NCBI GenBank assembly: GCA_965223905.1
Contig: CBDCXV010000010.1
Span: forward strand, 2,080,001-2,144,000
Length of the DNA: 64,000 bases
DNA from: Candidatus Latescibacterota bacterium
GTDB taxonomy: Bacteria > Latescibacterota > UBA2968 > UBA8231
Direction of reading: 5' to 3'
The notes beneath the pieces were generated by a model. That model searched no databases, was not told where the DNA came from, and saw only the letters and a program-made list of their open reading frames with translations. A program made the position numbers and the translations under genes. This document shows, piece by piece, positions 1 through 10,044 of this stretch. Numbering within the stretch: position 1 is the stretch's first letter; each line of letters starts with the position of its first letter.

Positions 1-909
1 GCGCGTGTTGCGGCGCACCACCCCATACAGCCATGTCCCCGAAACCGCGCTGATTCCGGTTCCCAGGAGAAAGCCTGTGAGCACGACCGGGAATACCGGT
101 GCGCTGTTGCCCAGGTAGAGAATACCCAGCCTGGTCAACAGCACCTGGTAGGCCAGGGCGACGAAACCCACCGCGAACGTTGCCAGGTTCAGAAAACGCC
201 GGGTGCCATCGTCGACGGGCAGGGCGGCAGGGTCGGCAGCCGGGGCTGCGGCGGTCGGAGGAAGGCCGTGCCGTGAAGCCTTCCTCGCCGCGAATGCACA
301 CAGGACGGCAACGATGTACAGACCCAGGGCACACGTCAGAGTGCTCTGAACCCCGAACTCGCCCAGCAGGTAATACCCCGCCACGAAGCAGCCCACGGCA
401 GCACCCAGGGTGTTGGTGCTGTACAGGTAGCCTGTCCGGGCTGTTCGCTGTGATGACGAATCGGGGGCGACACCGGAGATCATCGCCGGAAAGGTCGCAC
501 CCATCAGGAACGCGGGCAGGAAAAGCGCCGCAAGGCTGACCATGCTGCGGGCGACGGTCAGGCTGGCCCGGTCGTCGAAGCTCCCGGCCAAGGAGGTGAA
601 GAGCTGTGCCAGGAAATCGAACAGCGCCGGCGACAGGAATACATAAGCGCCGATACCGATCTCCAGCAGGATGTAGGGAACGAGAGAAGGGCGGCGCTTG
701 CTGAAGTATTCCCCCCCGACATAGCTGCCCAGTCCAAGTCCGCCCATGAACGCGGCGAGGATCATGGCGGTAGCGCCCATCGAGTTGCCGACGACCGTGA
801 TCAGCATCCGATTCCAGGTGACCTCGGCGATCAGGCTGCCGGCGCCGGACGCGAAGAAAGCGCCGTAGACGGTGAGAAGGAAAACGACGGATCGGAGGTC
901 AAAGGTCAT
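1..909 (-). CDS. Fused MFS-like membrane/spermidine synthase-type protein, N-terminal part (runs off left edge)
   Basis: Manual translation from ATG at 909: MTFDLRSVVFLLTVYGAFFASGAGSLIAEVTWNRML...ILAAFMGGLGLGS...LMGATFP...LYSTNTLGAAVG, the typical membrane motifs of this family; absent from the ORF track because it is edge-truncated. Confidence 0.8.
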   Translation of the reverse strand, partial: MTFDLRSVVFLLTVYGAFFASGAGSLIAEVTWNRMLITVVGNSMGATAMILAAFMGGLGLGSYVGGEYFSKRRPSLVPYILLEIGIGAYVFLSPALFDFLAQLFTSLAGSFDDRASLTVARSMVSLAALFLPAFLMGATFPAMISGVAPDSSSQRTARTGYLYSTNTLGAAVGCFVAGYYLLGEFGVQSTLTCALGLYIVAVLCAFAARKASRHGLPPTAAAPAADPAALPVDDGTRRFLNLATFAVGFVALAYQVLLTRLGILYLGNSAPVFPVVLTGFLLGTGISAVSGTWLYGVVRRNTR

Positions 910-1484
910 GTATCAGCCTTCCCTGCCGATCGACCACATGCGATGGTGTCGGATAGAAGCGGAGAGCACCTCTGCCTGATCATCCACTGGGCGCCGATCT
1001 CTTTGTGAACAAGGACCGCAGGAACGGGTGGCCCTCGATGGTCCTGTACCGTCTGTGGAGATTCCTGGCCACGCTCAAACCGGTGGACCTGGCTATGACG
1101 TAACCGCAGGCCGGGTCGGTCGGGGGATCGGCTCGGAAGAAAAGCGTCTTCGAGGAGGCGCCTACAATTGAAACGAAGTCCGTAGAGAGAAGGGGACGGT
1201 TCTACCCAAAAAAAGCAACTATAGAAATGACGCAAGCCTCTGAGGCAATGCGATGGGGTCTCGGAAGCGCCTATGCCCGCTTAGGCACGGGTTGCATGAA
1301 TAACAAGGGATCATGAATGCGTTAAAATTCTCCCTGTAGTCCTCCCCGAGAATCCTGTATTTCCTCTTTCGCCCTCTCAGGTGAAAACCATCACGAACAA
1401 TCAGAGAGATTCGCCGATCGAGCACAACGCTGAGATCGGTCGAAAGGGCCGAACTCGGGCAAAATGGGGTTTACTAACGGGCTC

Positions 1485-1733
1485 CTAGTGTCTCGTCGCA
1501 GAGATTCCTGAATTAAGTCGTTTGATCTTTACCCGGATTCTGCGGTGGGCCTCCAGACAAAGGAGCGAGCGTTTTGGTCCCAGTGGTCTGCAAATCGCTC
1601 AATTCGACGGACCAATTTCTTCATTTTGGCGAAGGAACCGCATCGAATCGCCGCTGAGACTATGGCCAATTGCTTTCGAGTCTGATCACCAGAACTTCGA
1701 ATTATGATAGCTATATCTGAGACTATACACTAG
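1485..1733. mobile_element. Putative MITE (~250 bp, non-coding) with CTAG-bounded imperfect terminal inverted repeats
   Basis: Left end CTAGTGTCTCGTCGCAGAGAT vs reverse complement of right end CTAGTGTATAGTCTCAGATAT (17/21 identical); interior lower in GC; the right CTAG overlaps the TAG stop of the adjacent gene. Confidence 0.55.
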
Positions 1734-3406
1734 TTTCGCTGGAGGACGTGAGCCCGATCGATCTCGAGGGGTCCGAATTCACTCGTTGAGCCGTCTTCCC
1801 AGTACACCGTGACTTTGTCCACAGTGGTCGCGGATCCCAACCCGCAGTGGACGCGAGGGTCGTTGCTCCCGCAGTAGCTGTACGCCCGCTGCACGCGCCG
1901 CCACTGCGACACCCCCCCGGCGTCGATGCGCACGCGCGCGTGCAGAGCATATTGCCCACGGTCGCGGATGGCGAGTTGCACCCAGTGTCCCCGGGATCCG
2001 ATCGTGTTGTGGAGAACAGTGGCCTTCGCATCGCGGTTGCTGACGACGACGTCGACGGCGCCGTCGTTGTCGAGATCCCCGAAGGCGGCGGCGCGGCTCG
2101 TCTCGATGACGGGGCTCGCGGTACCCCCCCGGGGCGCGACTTCGTCGAATTTCAGCACGCCGACTCCGCGGAAGAGCTGATTCGACTCCGCGTAGATGTC
2201 ATTGGGATCGTTGATCGGATCCCAGTAGTTGACACGGCCGTTCGCCACGTAGATGTCGAGGAGGCCGTCGTGGTCGAAGTCGATGATGCCGAGCCCGAAA
2301 CCGGTGAACTCATAGCTCGTTGAGCCGAGCCCGGTGCGATTCGTGATATCCTCGAAAAAGTGGTCCGTATCCCGGAGATAGAACGTGTTCGTTTCTTCCC
2401 TCAGGTGCGAGACGAACAGGTCGAGATCCCCATCGTGGTCGACATCCGTGGCGGCGATACCCATACCGGCCTCCGCCTCGCCGACGGCGTTGAAAGCCGT
2501 CCCCGAGGAGAGTCCCTCGTCGACGAACTTCAAACCGCCCTGGTTGATCCATAGCTGGTTTGCCATGCCGTCGTTGGCGACGTAGAGATCGATGCGATCG
2601 TCGCCACCGAAATCGCCGGCGACGACGCCGAGTCCGTTGCCGCGCGCCTGGTGGATGCCAGCCTCGGCGCTGATGTCGGTGAAGCGCCCGTCGCCGTCGT
2701 TGCGGTAGAGTACATCCGGCAGCGACGCTTGGAAGTTGTTCGGGTTGCAGTAGACGCGCCGCCCGGATCCGGAGAAACACTCGACGTCGGTAGCGATCGA
2801 CCAGCGCAGATAGTCCACTACGTAGAGATCCAGATCTCCGTCACGGTCGGCGTCGAAGAAGACGCTGCTCGTGCTCCAGTTCGCATCGCCGACGCCGGCG
2901 TCGGTGGTGACGTCCGTGAACTGGCCCTTGCCTTCGTTGCGGTAGAGGACGTTCGCCCCCAGGTTCGTGACGTAGATGTCGGTGTCTCCGTCGCCGTCGT
3001 AGTCCGCAACGGTGCCGCCCATGCCATAGCCCCTGTCGCCGACGCCGGCGCTCTCCGTCACATCCTGGAAGCGAAAGTCCCCGAGGTTCCGGTACAGACG
3101 ATTCCCCGGTGAATCTCCTCCCTCCGCGGCGATCTCACCGCCCTGAACCAGATAGACGTCGAGGAGCCCGTCCCCGTCGTAATCGAGGAGGAGAACGCCG
3201 CTGGCGAGGATCTCCGGATACCAGAATCGCTTCTGCTTGCCTGACGTGTGCAGGAAGTCGATGCCCGAACCCGCGGTTCGATCCTCGAACCACGAGGATC
3301 CCCCGGGCTCGGCGGTCCCGTTCGTGTTCGTGGTGGTCGGCGTTCGCTCGCAGCCGAGGCTCGCGACGAACAGAACGCCGGCGACGGACAATCTCCGCGC
3401 GCGCAT
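1730..3406 (-). CDS. CRTAC1-family FG-GAP/ASPIC-UnbV lipoprotein
   Basis: Repeated DYDGDGxxDxYV FG-GAP motifs; C-terminal ASPIC (SYCGSNDPRVHCGLG...VYW); start re-placed at ATG 3406 (MRARRLSVAGVLFVASLGC lipobox), coupled TGATG to the upstream gene. Confidence 0.9.
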   Translation of the reverse strand: MRARRLSVAGVLFVASLGCERTPTTTNTNGTAEPGGSSWFEDRTAGSGIDFLHTSGKQKRFWYPEILASGVLLLDYDGDGLLDVYLVQGGEIAAEGGDSPGNRLYRNLGDFRFQDVTESAGVGDRGYGMGGTVADYDGDGDTDIYVTNLGANVLYRNEGKGQFTDVTTDAGVGDANWSTSSVFFDADRDGDLDLYVVDYLRWSIATDVECFSGSGRRVYCNPNNFQASLPDVLYRNDGDGRFTDISAEAGIHQARGNGLGVVAGDFGGDDRIDLYVANDGMANQLWINQGGLKFVDEGLSSGTAFNAVGEAEAGMGIAATDVDHDGDLDLFVSHLREETNTFYLRDTDHFFEDITNRTGLGSTSYEFTGFGLGIIDFDHDGLLDIYVANGRVNYWDPINDPNDIYAESNQLFRGVGVLKFDEVAPRGGTASPVIETSRAAAFGDLDNDGAVDVVVSNRDAKATVLHNTIGSRGHWVQLAIRDRGQYALHARVRIDAGGVSQWRRVQRAYSYCGSNDPRVHCGLGSATTVDKVTVYWEDGSTSEFGPLEIDRAHVLQRN

Positions 3407-4818
3407 CACGATTTCCGCTGCTCGTAGTATTGCTCGAGTTGCTTCACGGCTCCGTGGTTCGGCTTGAGTTTGCGTGCGGCCTCGAGGGCACGCTTCGCGC
3501 CGGGCCAGTCTCGAGATCCACGCAGACGAAGCCGAGGTTGACGAGGTGGAGGAGGCTTTGTGGAGTGAGCCGGAGAAGCTCTTCCAGCGCCGCTCGCGCC
3601 CCGGTTCGGTCCTCGAGCCGGAGGCACACCTGCGCAAGAGCCTGATGGAAAGCAGGCCGCCGGTTGTCGAGACCGATGGCGGTCTCCAGAGACACACGCG
3701 CCGGGGCGAACTCTCCCATGAATAGAAGCGCCTTGCCACGCTCGAAGTGAGCTTGCGCGATCTGGGGACCCCTGTCGATGGCGGCGTCCGCTGCCGCGAG
3801 TGCCTGCGGATACAGCTCGAGCGAGGCGAGGCAATCCGCCTTGTTGATGTATGTCCCGAACGCGCCCGGGTAAAGCTCAATGCTCGCATCGAGGATGGCG
3901 AGGGCCTCTCGAGGGCGGTTCACCCGGCGATACGCCACCGCGAGGTTGTTCATGACCATCAAGTCCCGCGGCCGCTCCTGATACATCCTCTCAAGGACGA
4001 CGATGGCGTCTGCGGGTTTGCCGGCGCGGAGGAGTCCCACCGCGTGATCGAGCCGCGAACTGTACCCGCGGGAGTAGCGCGCCAGGTCCCTGCTCGTGCG
4101 GTCGGGTATGTAAGACTTCTCGGCATCCTCGCCCTGGGCCTGGGCGCGATCCGCGTCTTCGGTGCGACCGAGGCGCCGGTAGGCGCGCCCCGCGAGAAAC
4201 GCCGCCATTTTGTGGCCCGGTTGGAGCGAGAGGGCCTGCTCCAGAGCAGTGATGGCAGCGGCATAATCGCGACGCTCGAGAGCGACACGGCCGAGGCCGA
4301 CGTGCCCCTCCGGGGACTTCCGTGCAACGCTACGGCACGCCGGAACGCTGCATCCGCCCCCTCGACGTCGCCTGACTCGAGCAGCAGGTCCCGAGATGGT
4401 GTTGGGCGGGAGCAAAGCTTGGAAAACTCTTCACCACCGCCTGCATGGCCGCTACGGCGCCGTCGAAATCGCCCAGGTTCTGCGTGGCGCGGGCTGCATG
4501 GTAAGCCCAGACGGGTTCCCGCGGGGCCAGTAACGCCGCCGCATCGAAACACTGGCGGGCCTGTTGCCAGAGCACGTTTGCCTCGAAAACCAGGCCGAGC
4601 TGCCCCAATTTCTCCGCATTCGATGGGTCTTCGCGTACCCTCTCGAGGTGATCATCCACCAGGGAACGGATCTCGGCATCGAGACTCCGGGGAATCGTGA
4701 GCTCCGGAGGCGTTGGCTGAGGCCCGCAGCTACAGCACGCCAGGAGCCAGCAGAGTCCCCCCCAACGCAGTACCACCAAAAATCGCGACCGGCTCCTTCG
4801 GGACATCAATCTGGTCAT
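3406..4818 (-). pseudogene. TPR-repeat lipoprotein split by about 3 frameshifts
   Basis: TPR helices continue across ORFs 4330..4860, 3959..4552 (DLLLESGDVEGADAAFRRAVAL), 3444..4415 and 3406..3834; breaks near 4390, 4320 and 3500; could be sequencing indels. Confidence 0.75.
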
Positions 4819-4881
4819 GAGAGCACCATCATCACGATCTTCGAAACCGAAGACTTCCAACGCAAGAACAGGAAGCGGTCG

Positions 4882-4914
4882 GCGAGAGAGCGCGAGCGGA
4901 TCGCGCTCGCTCGC
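4882..4914. terminator. GC-rich intergenic hairpin (possible terminator)
   Basis: GCGAGAGAGCGCGA-gcgga-TCGCGCTCGCTCGC, 13/14-bp stem. Confidence 0.35.
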
Positions 4915-5087
4915 GTAATTACCCCGTGGATCAGAAAGAGCGGATAGTGTACGTGTTAACGGTCGAGGCGCGGTAGCTGGTGTGTCGCGGGGTGCAGTCA
5001 GCCGATTCGGACAGTTCCCGAAACGCCGGCCTTGGTCAGTCCATCAGCAAGGATCTGGGGGAGCCCGTTGCCGCCCGAACCAGCTTC

Positions 5088-7259
5088 TCAACGCGGCAGT
5101 CGCTCTATCGTGTCCTGGCCCTCCGTGATGAGGATCGACTGGTCTACCGCCACGTCGCGGAAGGTCTGCAACCGATCGCTCGTGGGCCAGTACACCTCCA
5201 GCACCTCCACCTGCGTCGCCTTTCCGAGCCCGATCATCTGCATGAACGGGTTGCCCCCGAAGCTCCCACCGCTGTTCACGTGCCTGTACACCGAGCGACG
5301 CTCCCCGCCCTCCCGGATCTCGCAGCGGATGCGCGCTCCGATCCCCGGCCGGTTTGACTCTACGCCCGAGAGCCGCACCCTGATCCAGTGGTTATCGAAG
5401 CCCGGATTTTCGAACAGCGCGTTGCCGAACGCGTCGCCGGGGTAGGCGCCCCCCACTTGCATGTAGATGTCCTGGTCCCCGTCGTAGTCGAGGTCTGCGA
5501 AGGCCACTGCATGGCCCTTCTGCAGGTGGGCGAACCCCCCGGCCATCGTCACGTCCGCAAAGCCCGTCCCGCCGCGGTTGCGGTACATCACGTTCGGCAT
5601 CAGGGCCTCGTACCCCGGGTAGCCCGTGCCCTGGTAGAAGTCCAGGTAGCCGTCGTTGTCCAAGTCGCCGAAGTTGCAGCCCATCGTCAGCACCAGCAAG
5701 GTCAGGCCCTGCTCCGCGGCGACGTTGCGGAAGCCCCCCTTGCCGTCTCCGCGGTAGAGGCACGCCAGCTCTCCCCCGTGCTCCAGCCCGAGGTAGCTGG
5801 CGGCGAGGAAATCCAGTGACTCGACGTAGGTCGCGACCCAAAGATCCAATGCGCCGTTGTTGTCGAAGTCCCAGAACCAGGGAGGAAAGCTGGTGTGGGG
5901 TGCGGTGACGCCGAGCTCGCTGGCGAGGTCGGTAAAGGTCCCGTCGCCGTTGTTGTGATAGAGCCGGTTCTCTCCGAACATGTTGGAGACGAAAAGATCG
6001 GGGAAACGGTCCCCGTCGTAATCGCCCCAGATGACGCCCTTGGTGAAGCGCTCGTTCAGCACCCCCGCCTCCCCGGCGACGTCGACGAACGTTCCATCCC
6101 CCTCGTTGCGGAAGAGCTGGCACGGAGCGTCGTACTCCGGGTCGGACTCGTTGCCCACGTACAGATCCAGGTCGCCATCGTTGTCGTAGTCGGCCCACGA
6201 CGCCGTCTGGGTGGGGTAGCTGGCCGCGGCCAGACCGGCGTCGAAGGTCACATCGATGAAAGTGCCGTCCCCGTTATTCCTCAACAGGGAGTTGGGGGTG
6301 GTGCCCGCCCTGCCCAGCCAAGCCCCGCGCATGACCAGGATGTCCGGGAATCCGTCATTGTTGTAATCGGTGTGGATCAGGTTGAGGCCGCCCAGCAGGC
6401 CCACCAGACCGGCCTCGCGGGTGCGGTCCGTAAACCTCTTCTCCGGGCCGCCTTCGTAGTAGAGCATCTGCCCCGACGGGTCCGAGGTCGAAGTCACGAT
6501 GTCGAGCCAGCCATCGCCGTTGAAGTCGTCGACGATGGTGCCCCCGGAGAGGTTGAAGGCGTTCAGTCCGAGCCCGGGAGCGATGTCTCTGAAGCGCGGA
6601 AAGGGCTCATCCGAGGTAAAGATGCCCGCGGGAATGAGAAACTGTTCGGGGACCTGGTCGGGGTACCCCCCGACCGTCATGTAGGAAATGTTGAGCAGCC
6701 AGCGCGCCCCGTGCGCCCCCGGAAACCTCCCGAGATACTCCTCGAGGAGCTCTATGGCCTTGCGCGAGCCCTCCTGGTCGACGTACACCCCCCTCCCGCG
6801 GATCGGAAGGATGCAGCTGTCGCTGGTATGCATGGCGACGCAGTTCCGGGTCTCGGCCCAGCGCATGTAGACAACCGCGAGTTCCAGGATGTTCAGGTAG
6901 AGCGCCCTGTTCTTGCTGCCATGGGTGCGGATCAGTTCGAGAGCCTCGGCATAGAGCCCAATCGCCGCATCGATGTTCCCCAGCCGTGACTCCTCGCTGG
7001 CCAGGTCCCGCAGCACCGGCCAGCGCGTGCGCGGTTCGGCGTGGGCCAGACCGGCGAGTTGCCGGCGCAACGTCGGCGCCATGAACTGTCCCACCCTGTT
7101 GTCGAACCTGGATGTCTTGGCCGCCACCTGGGAAAGGAGCTCCACCATCTTCTGGTGCCCGGCCTCTCCGGATTTCTCGCACGACACCAACAGAGTGGCG
7201 AAGGGGAGAATCAGCAGAGCACCGGCAAGATTCCGGAGCTGTTGAAGAAGAGCGGCCAT
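5088..7259 (-). CDS. CRTAC1-family FG-GAP/ASPIC protein with N-terminal TPR-like region
   Basis: NCVAMHTSDSCILPI motif, ARWLLNISYMTVG, multiple DxDNDGxxD repeats, C-terminal GGSFGGNP...IGLG...VYWP; LVSC lipobox. Confidence 0.88.
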   Translation of the reverse strand: MAALLQQLRNLAGALLILPFATLLVSCEKSGEAGHQKMVELLSQVAAKTSRFDNRVGQFMAPTLRRQLAGLAHAEPRTRWPVLRDLASEESRLGNIDAAIGLYAEALELIRTHGSKNRALYLNILELAVVYMRWAETRNCVAMHTSDSCILPIRGRGVYVDQEGSRKAIELLEEYLGRFPGAHGARWLLNISYMTVGGYPDQVPEQFLIPAGIFTSDEPFPRFRDIAPGLGLNAFNLSGGTIVDDFNGDGWLDIVTSTSDPSGQMLYYEGGPEKRFTDRTREAGLVGLLGGLNLIHTDYNNDGFPDILVMRGAWLGRAGTTPNSLLRNNGDGTFIDVTFDAGLAAASYPTQTASWADYDNDGDLDLYVGNESDPEYDAPCQLFRNEGDGTFVDVAGEAGVLNERFTKGVIWGDYDGDRFPDLFVSNMFGENRLYHNNGDGTFTDLASELGVTAPHTSFPPWFWDFDNNGALDLWVATYVESLDFLAASYLGLEHGGELACLYRGDGKGGFRNVAAEQGLTLLVLTMGCNFGDLDNDGYLDFYQGTGYPGYEALMPNVMYRNRGGTGFADVTMAGGFAHLQKGHAVAFADLDYDGDQDIYMQVGGAYPGDAFGNALFENPGFDNHWIRVRLSGVESNRPGIGARIRCEIREGGERRSVYRHVNSGGSFGGNPFMQMIGLGKATQVEVLEVYWPTSDRLQTFRDVAVDQSILITEGQDTIERLPR

Positions 7260-7269
7260 GTCAGGGACA

Positions 7270-8928
7270 TCATTGCTGATTGCCACTTATCGTCACGCTT
7301 CCCGTGAACCCGCTTGCCACCAATCTGTCTGCGAAAGCCTGAGCTGCGGAATCGGTCAGGGCTCCGCTGCGGCGGATAGACAAGTCCCCGCCTATGTTGG
7401 CGAGATTCTGCAGGCCTTCCAGGCTGGCCAGGGCGGGGTTGCCGGTAACCCGGTCGCCGATGGATAGATTCCCGCCGATGTCGGTGAGGTTGTCGAGCCC
7501 TGCCAAGCTGATCAATGCATCATTGCCGCCGATGGACAAGTCTCCGGCGATGGTGGCGAGGTTTTTAAGCCCGGACAAGCTGGTCAGGGCGGTGTACCAG
7601 ATGGACAGATCCCCGCCGATGCTGGCGACGCTCCCGAACCCTGCCAGTTTGGCCAGTACGTCATTGCCGTTAAAAATCAAGTCGCCGTCGACCCGGACGA
7701 CATTCGCGAGCGGCGCCAGGCTGGTCAGTGCATCATTGCGCCGTATCTGTAGTTCCCCGCCGATGCGGGTGATGTTGTCGAGCCCTGCCAGGCTGGCCAA
7801 TGCGGAGTTGTTAACGATCGAAAGGAATCCGCCGACGCTGGTTACAGTCTCGAGCCCTGCCAGGCTGGTCAGTGCGGGGTTGCCGGTAAACCAACCTCCG
7901 CCGATGCTGGTGATCCTCTCGAGCCCTGCCAGGTGGGTCAGCGCGGCGCTGCTGAATACAGCCAGGTATCCGCCGATGCGGGCGAGATTCTCGAGCCCTG
8001 CCAGGCTGGCCAATGCGGGGTTGTGGGAGATGATCAGACGCCCGCCGATGTCGGTGAGACGCTCGAGCCCTGCCAGGCTGGTCAGCGCGGCGTTGCCGTC
8101 ATGCACCTTGCCGATGGACAAGTCCCCGCCGATGCGGGTGAGGTTGTCGAGCCCCGCCAGGCTGGTCAGGGCATCATTGCCCAGGATCGACACGCTTGGA
8201 CCGGTCTCGGATTCCTGGTTGAACACGTCCCCGTCGATGCTCGTGATCTTTTCGAGCCCTGACAGGCTGGTCAGCGCGGGGTTGTCGTGGACGATCAAAT
8301 CCCCCCCGAGACGGGCGAGGTTCTTCAGCCCTGCCAGGGTGGCCAGGGCATCATTGTGGACTATGGACAGAAACCCGCCGATGCTGGTGACGTTTTCGAG
8401 CCCCCCCAGGCTGGTCAGGGCATCGTTGTTGACGACAGTCACTCTCCCGCCCACGCTGGTGACGTTTTCAAGCCCTTCCAGGCTGGTCAGGGCGGTGTTC
8501 CTGACGAACAAACCCCCACCTATGCTGGCGACACCCTCAAGCCCCCCCAGGCTGGTGAGAGCGGGATTGCCGAATATGGAGAGGTATCCGCCGACGCTAG
8601 TGAGATGCTCGAGGCCGGCGAGACTGGTCAGCGCCGCGTTGTCGGCACCGAGACTGCCGATGGACAAGTTGCCGCTGACGCTGGTGAGATGCTCGAGGCC
8701 CATCAGAGTGATAAGAGGAGAATCCTCCACCGATAGATCGCCAGCGATACCGAACGGACCGCCTCCAACAGGCACGAGAGCGTCCAAGTCCTCTTGGGAA
8801 CGGATGGAAAAATCTCCCTCCAGAACCGCAGGGTCGGAGCTGGATTGCGTGGGGCTCTTGCTGTCACAGCCCGCCAGGGCCAACGCCCACACTGTTATAC
8901 CGGCCAGGAGCCGTTTCGGCCATTTCAT
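7270..8928 (-). CDS. Receptor L-domain/LRR-like repeat lipoprotein
   Basis: About 18 tandem ~25-aa units LTSLxGLExLTSIGGxLxIxxNxA; signal MKWPKRLLAGITVWALALAGC. Confidence 0.88.
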   Translation of the reverse strand: MKWPKRLLAGITVWALALAGCDSKSPTQSSSDPAVLEGDFSIRSQEDLDALVPVGGGPFGIAGDLSVEDSPLITLMGLEHLTSVSGNLSIGSLGADNAALTSLAGLEHLTSVGGYLSIFGNPALTSLGGLEGVASIGGGLFVRNTALTSLEGLENVTSVGGRVTVVNNDALTSLGGLENVTSIGGFLSIVHNDALATLAGLKNLARLGGDLIVHDNPALTSLSGLEKITSIDGDVFNQESETGPSVSILGNDALTSLAGLDNLTRIGGDLSIGKVHDGNAALTSLAGLERLTDIGGRLIISHNPALASLAGLENLARIGGYLAVFSSAALTHLAGLERITSIGGGWFTGNPALTSLAGLETVTSVGGFLSIVNNSALASLAGLDNITRIGGELQIRRNDALTSLAPLANVVRVDGDLIFNGNDVLAKLAGFGSVASIGGDLSIWYTALTSLSGLKNLATIAGDLSIGGNDALISLAGLDNLTDIGGNLSIGDRVTGNPALASLEGLQNLANIGGDLSIRRSGALTDSAAQAFADRLVASGFTGSVTISGNQQ

Positions 8929-9240
8929 GGCTCGGCCCTCGTCACATGAGCAGTCCTGCATCTTCTTATTGATTCGCAACGTTATCCCGGGCGACTGGCT
9001 GCGTCCGCTCCGATAAATTCCGTGGCAACCGGTGTTGTACGGTGGGAGGGTGCGCGGTGCGACAACAGGTATCATCGGCAGGGGTGCCGGGACCATCACC
9101 TGTACCCTCGACGCACTCAGGCCAAACCCCGCGACACGCTGTCAAATACCGAAGCCAGTTTGGGTGCGCGGTTTTTTGTATACGAGTCAAGTTTCCAGCG
9201 GTGACCACGCCATGTCTCGGGCGGTCTGAGGGAAGCCTCG

Positions 9241-9930
9241 CTAGGGGTACGTGAAAACCTCTGAATCCGGAAAGTCCGCCTTCCACCGGTTCCAGCGGGT
9301 GTAGAGGGAGCTGAGTTCCGGCAGCATCCGGTCGGCGTAGGTGCCGCCAATACAGGTCATGCCGTCGCCGGGCAGGTGGTACCACAGGCTTTCTGTCTCG
9401 TAGTCGTAAAGCACGAACTGGAGCCGATAAGTCCACCCGCTGGCGCTCAGGGTCAGGATCTTTCCGTCGATTTCTCGGCTGTACACGGCAGCCAAGTTGA
9501 CGTTCGGTCAGTAGGCCACGGCCACGTGCGCGTCCCCGAACTGCTCGTTTGCGACTTCGTGCCTGGCCAGAAGCTCGATGGGGTAGGCGCGCGTGAAACC
9601 GTTCAGGTTCGTCCCGATCACGAGAAAATCCTGGGTGTCGCGCGGGTAACTCAGATCGCCGGGGGACAGCATCCTGGCGTTGATTATGGGTTGGATGGCA
9701 AAAGGCCCCAGACCGTACTCGAACCTCAACGAGTCCATGCCGTATTTCCGCACCGCGTGGGTCACGTCCCAGGACTTGCCGGTCACGTCCTGTATGAAAA
9801 TCTCTCTTTCCTCCCCCTGCCCCTGATCGACCGAAGAAGCCGGCACGGACGTGTGGACCACATCGCTGCCGCAACCACTCGAAAGCACGGCGCAGAGCGC
9901 GAACAGAATGGCTGTGATCGCAAATTTCAT
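9241..9930 (-). CDS. DUF3179-family lipoprotein, predicted selenoprotein (UGA at 9508-9510 read as Sec)
   Basis: ORFs 9508..10029 and 9241..9495 are in one frame, separated only by TGA in VAVAY-U-PNVNLAAVYSR, the position of the family's catalytic Cys; LSSGC lipobox; RAYP, HEVANE, SGW, LYDxETxSxW motifs. Confidence 0.85.
9477..9493 (-). promoter_or_regulatory. Candidate bacterial SECIS hairpin
   Basis: mRNA GGCUG-CCGUGUA-CAGCC beginning 14 nt after the UGA; identical in the paralog. Confidence 0.6.
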
Positions 9931-10044
9931 GGCACTATCTCCAGTTTTGCCCGAATCGGTGGTGAGACAGACGGCAGTGGGCAAGGGCTTTTGCCAGCCA
10001 ATACGTGGACTCCGCCATCCACTTCGCAACTGCCCCGGGACCGA

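Noticed and set aside
910-1484. Short ORFs in the lower-GC intergenic region
   Set aside because: No recognisable motifs or RBS; possibly decayed remnants
7394-9016. 540-aa plus-strand repetitive ORF
   Set aside because: Antisense shadow of the L-domain repeat gene
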